Shown here: piece after piece, positions 51,991 to 64,000 of the stretch | Layout: every line of letters starts with the position of its first letter | Position numbering within the stretch: position 1 is the first letter of the stretch | Source of the DNA: the human T2T-CHM13v2.0 reference genome, Homo sapiens | Length of the DNA stretch: 64,000 nucleotides | Reading direction: 5' to 3' (one strand) | NCBI RefSeq assembly: GCF_009914755.1 | Contig: NC_060933.1 | Position numbers and translations under genes: made by a program | Notes under the pieces: generated by a model | The model's input: the letters and a program-made list of their open reading frames with translations, nothing else | Databases searched by the model: none | What the model was told of the DNA's origin: nothing

Positions 51991-52774
51991 AAGATCGTGC
52001 AATTTGGGAATGTCTGAAGTGAGTTAGGAGTTAACAGGTTCAGCCTGTGGAGTTTTTTTGGCTTTGTGAAGTTTGTTGGCTTTGTGAAAAGCCAACGAAG
52101 AGATCAAAAGTCTCTCCCTTTCCTTGATGAACTCCCTGCTCTGGGTGAGCCAACTGCCCAGACAGACATCTAGTTAATGCGAGAGGTGAAAATTCTAATG
52201 CTTAATACTAGCGTCTGGCTGGATTTATTAGAAACAATTTGTCTCTGAATGTATAAGAAAATGTGTTAGTGAGAAAATACCTAATAATTATTAAAGAAAT
52301 AGAAATGGGTCCTTACTTTTTAATATAACAACACATTTCATCTTACAGCATCAGAATGTTTACATCTGCACAATTCTTTGATTTCATTCCTACATTTATT
52401 GGATCAAAATAGTTTTAAAAATCTAGTCTTCAAAGGTGTGTGAAAAGTGACCCTGAGCCAGCCCTTTAAGGAAGAGCAAGGTTTGCCAATATCCAGTCTT
52501 AAAGAGCACGTTTTGACAGTTACTATGGTTTACCTCTCCAGAATTAGGATAATTGGGCATTAGAATAAAAAGAAATTTTAGGAGTTTTCTAGTAAAAACA
52601 TTATCAAACTCTGCTCCACATAAAGCCTCAGGGTTGCTTCAGAGAGATGAGAGGGTAATGGAGGAACAAGACAGCAGGGTGATTTAAGAGTTCTTGGTAA
52701 TCTAACAGCAATTCCACCACATCAACCCCATTTTGATCTGTGCCATATAGTGGGCTGTGTATTATGTTTTCTGA

Positions 52775-52930
52775 GGCACGTTAATTTCTCATTTTCATTG
52801 TCTGTAAAATAGGCCTAACAATAGTTCCAATTTCAGAGTAGTGAAGATTAAATTAAATAACACTACCCATGTAAAGTGCTTAGCCCAGTGTCCTGCACAT
52901 GCCAAGGACTTAGTAAATGTTGGCTATTTT
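52775..52930 (-). mobile_element. MIR fragment
   Basis: tctgtaaaatagg...gtgaagattaaa...catgtaaagtgcttagcccagtg. Confidence 0.7.
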
Positions 52931-54237
52931 ATCTAAGATTTTGCTCTGAAACAGAATTCTGCTGCTAAAAAACAAATTTCGAGACCACCGTTTATGTTTG
53001 TCATCTCTAAAATAAGATGATTATTTCAGATGTAATGGTTTTACATTTTATTTGTTTCCTGCTTCCCAGTCCAATGGTCATTTTCAGACCCTCTCATTCT
53101 TGGACCCCAGTCCAATTTTGCTGAGAATGCTAAAGGCTCTGAGGATAATGTGTCTTCCCACACCCCAGGAGACTCCACTCACCACCAAGTGTGGCCAGAC
53201 CATGGCTATTCTGTCTGTGTTCCTGTTGATTTGTAGAAGAAAGATGGTAGTACAAAAGTTTTCCCTGCCCTGTGGGATAAGATCCCTGCAGGTAGACCAG
53301 GAGGAATAAGCATGACAGTTGTAAAATCTTAGAAATATTACTTAGCTTCCATCTTTTCCATAATGATGAGTTCATCTGAAGGAGTTCAGAAATAGATTCT
53401 TATACCTTCTAAGACTGGCTGGATTTTCTATTCTTGGCCAGACGTTTGTTCTAGGAAGAATTCATCCAACAAACATATGCTCTTATCAATTATTTTCTTA
53501 GGAAAGCTTGTCCTAGTATAGGGGAAGTTTTTAAGTTTTTCTAATGAATCACAGACATGAGGCAGGAGGGAGAGAGTATCAAGCGTGTTCCTTTCTGACT
53601 GATCTAACGTGAGACCAAAAACTATGGAGTAAGAGCAAAACCTCCCAAACTGTACATCTTTTCTACCCAGGAACTCCTTCCATGCCAGTCACTGCTGATG
53701 CCTGAGAGCCAGATGTGGGCTTAGGGAACAGTTTCTCTATGTCAGGGCCATTCAGAGTCTGTAGCTGACTTAGGAACAAGTAGATGTAAAACCTAGAATT
53801 AAAGGCTGAAAACAGCATTTAATGAAACCCCTCCCTCCAGACGCTCCTGATCAAAGTCTACCCTTGCACTAAGACAATTGATCTACAGTTGCATTATATA
53901 AAATTTTGGCAACACTCTGTCCTCATTGCTTTCAACAGAGGCTTTAGGCCCCTGAATCTGGGCATCGTCCCAGAATTGAGATCCAGTTGCATTACGCATA
54001 CCAGAAGACACACCACCACAGCCGAGGCCCGTGCAACCACTTTCTTTTAACCTCGCGTCTGTGAAAAATTACTTTCCAAAAAATAAGTGAAACCCGATGT
54101 CTTCTCCGGGTGGTTATTTTTGCGCCTATGAAGTCAATAAAACTCTCCAGATTTATTAGACAGTCCTGCTGCTGAAGACAAGACCACTTCCTATTCCCTA
54201 GCGGATATGTGTGTCTTTCCTTTCTGTAACCTTCTGA

Positions 54238-54553
<316 letters not shown>

Positions 54554-54864
54554 ATGAATTTTATTCTTTTTAAATTTTTTTCCCAAAAAATCTGTCAGAA
54601 CCCTCTAGGACAAGTGGCTTGGCCTGCACTGAAATTCCAATCTCTTGCACTGAAGAGTGATGAAATGAACACATTTCAGGCACCTCCAGCTTTTCTTCTT
54701 TACCTCCTACTTCAGAGGGCCCTGTTTTCTTTGCATCAGAATCAACAAGAGTTTTGGCTGTCTCTCCTTCCACCACTCTAAACGCTAAATGTAACACTTA
54801 TCAACAAATTATACTCCTGTAAGAGTCCACTAACCCTGAGTTGATGACCATGATAATGACATTG

Positions 54865-55375
54865 GATTCAATTCTACTCAGTGCAACAGTATTTACTGGG
54901 CCCCTACCCTATGCAGGTGCTCTACTTGGGTATGGGAATGCAAAACTATAGAAGATAATGTGCATTCTTTCAAGGAGTGTCAGGTCTACTAGGGGAGACA
55001 AACATGTTAACAAGGAAACATTATTAATTGTGACAGTTTCCATAGTGAACTCAGAGTCTTGTGTGGGTACAAAGACTAAATATGGAAAGGCTAGGAAAGG
55101 CTTTTCAGATGAGATGTCTCTTGAGCTGTGTGTTTCAAGATGAGTAGGGGTTCATCAGGTGATCCTGGGGAAGACATGCCAAGCAGAGGGACTAGTAAGT
55201 GCAGAGGGATCAGAGGTGTGAAACAGAAGGGCACATCTGAGATCTAAGAAGTTGTGAATTGGGAATGAGGGTCAAAAGGTTGTAAGCAACCTGTGTTCCT
55301 CCATGAATATGGGTGTGTATTTTCGTTGATAGGGAAATGCTGAGGGGGTTTAAGCCTTAGAGCAATTGATACATG
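54865..55375. mobile_element. L2 fragment (continues at ~55945-56050 after the L1PA insertion)
   Basis: ttcaattc...tatttactgggcccctaccctatgcagg...aggaaaggcttttcagatgag...aagcagagggactagtaagtgcagagg. Confidence 0.65.
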
Positions 55376-55380
55376 AGAGG

Positions 55381-55939
55381 GCAAAGACTTGGAAGCAACC
55401 CAAATGCCCATCAATGATAGACTGGATAAAGAAAATGTGGCACATATACACCATGGAATACTATGCAGCCATAAAAAAGAATGAGTTCATGTCCTTTGCA
55501 GGGACATGGATGAAGCTGGAAACCATCATTCTCAGCAGACTAACACAGGAACAGAAAACCAAACACCGCACGTTCTCACTCATAAGAGGGAGTTGAACAA
55601 TGGGAACACATGGACACACGGAGGGGAACATCACACACCGGGGCCTGTCAGGGGGTGAGGGGCTAAGGGAGGGATAGCATTAGGAGAAATACCTAATGTA
55701 GATGACAGGTTGATGGGTGCAGCAAACCTCCATGGCACGTGTATACCTATGTAACAAACCTGCACGTTCTGCACATGTATCCCAGGTACCAAACATGGCA
55801 CATGTACACTTATGTACACCTATGTACACCATGGCACATGTACCAAACTTGGGACATGTATACCTATGTACAAAACCTGCACGTTCTGCACATGTATCTT
55901 ACGTGTAAAGTAAGTAAAGTAAGATTAAAAAAAAAAAAA
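55381..55939 (+). mobile_element. 5'-truncated primate L1 (L1PA-type) 3' end with a rearranged 3' UTR
   Basis: Encodes the ORF2 C-terminal peptide AKTWKQPKCPSMIDWIKKMWHIYTMEYYAAIKKNEFMSFAGTWMKLETIILS. G-rich 3' UTR and poly(A) tail. Confidence 0.96.
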
Positions 55940-56584
55940 GAGAGACAGAGGGAAACAAGTGGCTGGATGCTGTCCTGAGAGAAATGAAGAGAGCTTGAAC
56001 TAGGCCAATGTTGAGGGAATGAAGAGGAAGATTTAAGATGACAGCCAAGAAGCAGACATAAAGAGGTAGTAATATGGTAAAGATTTCCACCCCAGAATGA
56101 CTTTAAGTAGTTTGTATTTCATTATTTATGAGTAAAAATTACTCCTGAAATGCTTTTAAAAGTTGTTTACTTACTAATAAATATTTTTCTGCACTTACTT
56201 CCAAAAATGATGTGAGGTAGGAAAAGAACTCTGTAGCTACGGACAGGGCCACCGTGTTTCACCAGGCAGACTGGTTACGGTGCAACTGCACACACAACTC
56301 CTTGGAGTGGTACAGAGTGGCAGCCTTGGCCATCTTGAACTGATAAGCATTTCTCGACCATTATCTTTGGTTCAGTCATCTGAATAACATTTAAAGAGAT
56401 TTATACCAGTGCTATCTTGACTAACTTCAGTTTTGATTATCTTCATGTTAATATGCCATATTATCTCAATTTAACTGGCATCTTCTTTGGATGATGTCTT
56501 CTACTCCATTCCCTCATATTTTGGTGCTTTCAGAGAGAGAAGGTGCTTATGTCTGCATAGCTCATTTAGTTTGACAAAGGAAAG

Positions 56585-57010
56585 GAGATGTAGTATAGCA
56601 TTTTGGGAGTCAGATGACCCTTATTGTTCCCGTGAACTTGTGCAAGGTACCTGAGCTCAGTTTTCCCAACTATATAGGGACAATATCAATGCCTACCTCA
56701 CAGGTTTGGTGTAAAAATTAAATGAACCAAGAATAGAAAGTGATTGGCACATATAGTAAGTGACAGGTTTTTGGTACTGTGTATCATGCACTGTGCCTGA
56801 TACATAATATCTCATTGCAATCTAGTAGTTTTACAGAAAAGGAAATTTAAGCTCTTTGAGGGTAGGGTTTATTTATCATTATATTCCCAGACCCCAGAAT
56901 AATGTCTGCCTCAAAGCAGCTAAGCGAGGTTAAACAGTAACTCGTCCAAGGTCAAACAGCTAGCTAGTAGTATGACGATCAGCGTTCAGACTTGTGTCTG
57001 CATCATTTCA
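56585..57010. mobile_element. MIR/L2 fragments
   Basis: gagctcagttttccc...cctacctcacagg...gtaaaaattaaatga; ttttacagaaaaggaa...gtccaaggtcaaacagcta. Confidence 0.6.
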
Positions 57011-57189
57011 AGCACAGTGATTTCCCAATCTTATTGTATTAAAGAAGATGATGTGGAAGCTGGTCGAAGGGCTGTTCTGTGCCTTCTTTTACTACCAGTT
57101 TTCAAATTATCTAATTATCATCGGGTTAGGCTTCTCAGGATAATTAGTTTCCATCTGTATCATTAAAAGTCATTTGCAGAGTATTTCCA

Positions 57190-58140
57190 CAGGGGTCCAT
57201 CTCATAGCCAACAGTTCTTCCTTCTGGAGCCATGGTTCCATGTTGTTGATGCCTTCTGGGTAGATCTACCTACCAGAGTCTTCAGAAGGTGCTTCAGCTT
57301 TAACATCTCCAAGCCAGAACTCCTCAATCAGCCCCACCTCTCCCTTCCCCACACACACCCTCCCAAAGCTCTGCTTTCCCTCATGTCTTGATAGATGGCA
57401 TTTCCATATATCTGGCACTCAAGTTAGAGATTTTGGACCCAACTTCTACTCCTTCTTTTCTCCTAATTAGTCACCACGTTTTATTGTTTCTACCTCAAAA
57501 AAGGTTTTCAAATCTAGCTTTTCCTTTTCATCACAGCTTCTACTCCTTAATTCAGTACTTCACCATCTTTGGCCTGATATATTTGGACAGCTTCCTAATT
57601 GACCTTCTTACTTTCAGTCCCTTCCATCACCAGCCCACTGTAGGTAAAATTAGACTCTCATAACCTAGAGCAGATCAGACATTCTCCATCTCTGAAAACT
57701 TTGGGGGCTATCTCTTTACCCCCAGGGTAAGACAAGGTTATGTCCTACTGTGTATGACTATACTTAAAACCAATCCCAGGCAGCTTTTCCTGTCACTCAC
57801 CTTGTATGTTCTTGGCTTTAGCTATTTTGAACCATTCGCCATCTCCAAACACCCAGTACATTTTACGACTTTGTGCCTCCCTTCAAGCAGCTTTCTCTGC
57901 CTAGAATAACCTTCACCTCCTTACTGGCTCATTCCTGAAAGCCTAGCTCAATATCACATCCTGGGTGAAGCTTTTCCACTCTTACCCCCATCGGACTCAA
58001 GGACAATTAATGGCTCCCTCTTCGCATTTATCATAGCACTTCCAATATTTTTATCAAAGTTAGTTATTTGTATATTAATGGTCTATGGAGCCATAAGGTC
58101 AAGGACTACTTAATTCATTGATGTAACCCCAACCCCAACA
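57190..58140. mobile_element. L2 fragment
   Basis: Pyrimidine-rich L2-like segments: ttaacatctccaag..gaactcc, cagcttcctaattgacc, ctctgcctagaat, agctcaatatcacatcct. Confidence 0.6.
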
Positions 58141-58576
58141 CAAGGGTAGTTAACTGTTTTTTTTAGTCAAGAAAAAATTGTACATTGGCTTTTTAAAAAT
58201 TAAAGGAATAAGAGTGTAAATGATAAGAGGAAGCCAAATCACGTAGAAGGTGGGATAATAACAGATGTTTGAGAATGCTGGTCTAGCCCACAGTGTAAAT
58301 ATGTGTTAAATTTGTGAACATATCTACTTTATAAACACTTGACTTCACTGTAGGCACAACCTGGTTCCATAACAAAGGTAAGAAATAACCATGTAAAGAA
58401 CAGATTCATCTCAGGATCACACGACACTGGAACTCCATAAAAATCAGATCCCTCCTAATAGTGAGGTTCCTTCAGACTTGGAGACTTTCTTACCCTGTTA
58501 TGGGTCACCTTTGCCATAGGGCTTTTTTGACCCCTGCTCTTCTGGAAATGCTATCAATTTCTTTGTTTAAATGCTA

Positions 58577-58912
<336 letters not shown>

Positions 58913-59304
58913 CCAACTATATGTCCAACCTGCCAGAGGACCAACCTTTTCTTATAGCTATGCAAGGCCTCAGTCATCTCTGGAACTTTTCATATCTTTT
59001 CCATCATTATATGTTAGCTTTGGACATGAGGTTTTACTTTTATGTTGTAGGAGAAAACACTAGTATAAAGAACTGTAATACTAAAAATAATCTAAGTTCC
59101 TTCTTCTTAGGGTAGGCAGTCTAGAAATCCTTGTTGAAGCGTTTTCAGTGGTATTATAGGATTTGTTTTGAAGAAGGTCAGATCTCACTGGCTGGGGAGT
59201 CAGGGGCTATAGGATCTCATTCTGGTTCTGCCACTAGTTACTTGGGTGATCTCTGGGCAAGTCACTTAGACTTTAGTCCTCTCCTATGTCTCAGAAATAA
59301 AAAA

Positions 59305-59610
59305 GGTTGCAAATTGGGAACACCTAGGCTACATTTGGCCCACAGAAACACTTAGTTTGCCTGTAACAGTATTTAAATGAGTTGATAATTTAGTTGGGAA
59401 ACTTTACATAAGAACATAGGTTTTTACTTTCCCTTGAGAAATCAGAAGATCTGGCCACAGGAGTGGCCATTCCTATTCATTTGGTAGTAGCTACCCCCTT
59501 TAACAGGGAAGGGGCTCTCCAGGGCTCCAGTGACTCCATCAATTCCTATTGCCCTTTTGGTTTGCCCTAAACAGAGACAAAATACCAACTGCTATTTGTC
59601 AATGTACTTG
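59305..59610. mobile_element. MER102-like hAT-Charlie element
   Basis: ggttgcaaa...atttggcccacaga...cttgagaaatcagaagatctggc. Confidence 0.5.
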
Positions 59611-61398
59611 TTCTCAGCAATATTAAAAATATTTAACTACGAAGGAATGGGAACTGACTGATTGGAATGGACACTGACTTTTGTGCTAGAGCAGCTCCTG
59701 GATGCTCCCCACTCTGCTCCAATTGGTCATGGGGAGGTCCAAGAACTCTTGGAAGAGAAGCTGAGGATGAGCCTCACTCGGTGAGCTTAGAGCACCATCT
59801 CTACATGAGTTGGTAAGGACCATCCCAATCTCAGGTGCGCACCATCTGAATGTCAGCCCTGCCAAAACTGTTTTTTTTTTCAAAGTGGAGATAGATATTT
59901 CCATACCCATGGCTCTTATTGAAAACAAGAAAATGAAATAAAAATAGAAAAAAAAAGCAGAACGATTTTTCGTGCTCTGGCTTGCTTTGTTCATTTATGA
60001 ACTGGCCTCTATAAACATCTGAGTTTGATTTCCTGGTACTAACCAACCTAAAACTCTCTTCCAGCTTAAGCATAAGGAGCCTCTAATTTTATCCATTTTA
60101 TAAATGGAGTGAAAATTTTGCAAAACATGTTGAAGAGAGGGCATTATACAGAATTTATATAAGATCTAAACCACTGATCGAAATAATAAATCACCAATAA
60201 ATTATCTCTGTTTTCTTATCAAGCTTTTCAATTTTAAAAGCACTTTGATGTTCTTTTTCTTTTTTTCATTTTTCATTTAGCTGTGGCTATTTTTCAAATG
60301 GAATTAATGACCAAAAGCTAGCCTTATTCTCTAATTACAGTAAGAGACACTAGACAGGAGTTGTTCCAGACACTGACCCATCTTGGCTCAGGGAGAGGCT
60401 CTGGGCGGTTTTACTGTGTGCTGGCTTAGTACCTGGGGCCAGGAAACATCTGTTATAACATGTGGTCCAGCGGGTGCCCTGCTTAATTATAAAATGGCAT
60501 TGCAGTGTCCCTTTGAGTTGGCTGGCTGTAGCTTCTAATGCTATGCTATCAAGCAAAATGTAATTCTTGATGTCCTGTGAACTGAACCTCTAACTCAAGT
60601 GTTGAATCACTCAGAGAAGAATAAAAAAAGTTAAACCTTTGCCCTCAGGAAAAAGGTATAGGGAAAGACAAAACAAAGAAATGCTTTCTAACAGCAACTG
60701 AGAAGCTTAGATATGAGCAAGCATCCCTTATACAGGGAACGGTGGTGGGGGGTGGGGACTGATTCCAGAATGACTCACACTTCTAGAATGAGCTGTTTAT
60801 ATAGCGTTTCCTCCTCTTCATTCCAGGGATCCTGTTAGGAAGGTCAGGGACAATGACAATCAAGAAGCAAAGGGAACACTGGAGAAGGGTGGTGGGAATG
60901 CTTGGAACACCAAAAGATTCATTCACCTTGAATAAGAGGACAGATTTCTGTAAAGGGTTATGCAATCAGCTGTGGCCCAGGACCTAACAATTTATTGTTG
61001 GAACATGTACACCTGGGAATTCTTTTTACAGTGGTGTGAATCTCTTATTAGCATTTATGAGAACTTACCTTCCCAAATCCTCTTATATGCAGATGGGAGT
61101 ATAGAGCCCATTTCCAGCAGTGTCTGCTTAGGAATATCTTTTGTCTTATAGCCTGTTGTAATCACTTCCAGACCAGTGGTATATTTATGATTTACATCAT
61201 GTTACAGAGGAATAAGTCTTAAGGATTCTTTTCTCTAAATCTTTTTGAATTATTGTTTTAGACTCATTGCCAGGTTTTTTTTTAAAGGGGGAAGTTGATG
61301 AACTTTTAAATATGTCATTACATGCTCCAAAATGGCAACTCTTTGTTCTTTTACAGTTTCTTGTAGAAAGACATTTAAAGGGCTGTGTGTGTCCACAT

Positions 61399-61400
<2 letters not shown>

Positions 61401-61436
<36 letters not shown>
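61401..61436. repeat. (GT)18 microsatellite
   Basis: Perfect GT run. Confidence 0.97.
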
Positions 61437-61438
<2 letters not shown>

Positions 61439-62387
61439 TGTTTAGAAACAGGTAGATAAAGAAAATGAGTGAAAAGGAACACCTGAAGTTCATATTTTGT
61501 GTTTTTGTTGGAATAAGATTTGGCAGGTTTGGGGGAATCTTATCTAACATTTGGGGAGAGTTTAGGAAGGGCAGATCCACATTCATTTTAATTATGTTTC
61601 AATCACCAGGGGCAGCAACTGAAGGGTTAAGCCCTAAAGCAAGGAAATATCTCTAAGTCAGAAAACAAAGGGAAACTTGCATATTTCTGAAGATGACATC
61701 GGATCAGCTTGTGGATTTCAAGCAATTATGCGATGTGATGATTCCCACTGAGTATGCGTTAGTTGGAATACTGTTCTTTTTATTTCTCCATGTCCTGGGG
61801 TTGTACACTGAAAGAGCCCTGTTCAACTTCGAATGTCAGGGTTTTGAAGGCAAAATTATAGTAAAATATGTTTTAAAACAGTGGGGCCTTATATGAGTGA
61901 ATATAACATTTTCCAAGGCTTTCAAAAATCCTTTTGTTAAAAATACGGTTCTTATTTTGTTTCTTCTTTCCTTTCTTTCTTTTTAAATTATTTTCTTTTA
62001 TTCAGGCTTTTGCCTCCCCTCCTTCCCAAAGAAAAGAAGAGAGAAGTTTCAAAGGATATCTATAACCCAGTCTACATTTAGGGCCTGGGGACACATAATG
62101 GAGTTATTTTAAATGGGACACCCCACATGGAAAATAAGTGAGAAAAGTTCATCTGTGTCTGTTACTTCAGTACCAGCAGCAATGGTGACAGTCATAGTAT
62201 CTCAGTAAATGTCCCCTAGAGTCATCTTGTGAGAAAAATGATTATTAATTGAGGTTTCTGTGAGTTGAGAAATGGGTTGTTTACAAAGGAGAGAAACTTT
62301 TTTAGAGTACAAGCAGCTGAAGTCTCAGCTCAGGAGTTGCTCTAAAAGAAGAAATGTCTTTTAAAAATTGAATTAATTAAAAACAAA

Positions 62388-62700
<313 letters not shown>

Positions 62701-62814
62701 TTAATTAAAAACAAAACAAAAAGCAGGCATAGCAAAAGGCATAGTTTAGGAATGATGATGAATGAATGTCACGTTTATTTTATTACATGCTATGCTTCCT
62801 CCCAAAGGAGAGAA

Positions 62815-63600
<786 letters not shown>

Positions 63601-63820
63601 GGAAATTAAAAGTCCTTGTCATACTCACATATAACATCCTTAGAGCTGATACATCATCCAAGGCTTATTCACTGCTTCCGTTTGAATTATGTGGTGTTTA
63701 AGGCACTAGCTTGAGAACCCAGTCTGCTGTGCATTATCTCAGAGTACATGGCCAAAATAAATACTTTCGCACATCACTGATTGTTTCTTCATTTGAGTAG
63801 TTTAAGCTATGGAACTTTTT

Positions 63821-63978
63821 AAAAAAAGAGATGGGTCTTGCTAAGTTGTCCAGGCTGGAGGGCAGTGGCTATGCACAGGCATGACCATAGCACACTACAG
63901 TCTTAAACTCCTGGGCTCAAGTGATCCTCCCACTTCAGCCTCCCAAATGGCTGGGACTACAGGGATGCCACCATGTTC
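63821..63978 (-). mobile_element. Alu monomer (FRAM/AluJ right-arm-like) flanked by a 22-bp direct repeat
   Basis: Single-arm Alu with agtttaagctatggaacttttt at 63799-63820 and 63979-64000. Confidence 0.88.
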
Positions 63979-64000
63979 AGTTTAAGCTATGGAACTTTTT

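Noticed and set aside
55366-55596. 76-aa ORF with real protein similarity
   Set aside because: It is the C-terminus of L1 ORF2 in a truncated L1, not a gene.

Overview
Primate (almost certainly human) genomic DNA covering the 5' end and about 60 kb of upstream sequence of the transcription-factor gene NFIB (Nuclear Factor I B, minus strand; human 9p22-p23). The identification rests on the 30-nt first coding exon at 1293-1264, which encodes MMYSPICLTQ and ends at a GT donor. Exon 2 (DEFHPF..., DNA-binding domain) lies to the left of the window. There are three CpG islands (~740-4330, ~10050-10910, ~33300-38720). A second promoter at ~10.1 kb has a short phase-0 first exon (MQYSAM), there is a probable antisense lncRNA exon (NFIB-AS1-like, recalled not verified), and there are two CTCF-like sites. 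The first ~16 kb and 30.5-39.5 kb contain no transposons I could recognise. The rest is ordinary repeat-rich DNA: 13 Alu copies, L1/L2/MIR fragments, MLT1 LTRs, hAT MER elements and microsatellites. Nearly all long ORFs in the supplied track are GC-island or repeat artefacts. I found no new enzymatic or mobile system. The most interesting signals are regulatory: three ATGA-overlapped uORFs just before the NFIB start codon, several candidate phase-0 micro first exons, a POU MORE motif in the second promoter, and a perfect-Kozak 39-aa sORF. Structural oddities include a 54-bp templated inverted insertion into a MIR, head-to-head Alus 29 bp apart, and nested transposons. Repeat family names were assigned by eye from remembered consensus sequences, and repeat boundaries are approximate.
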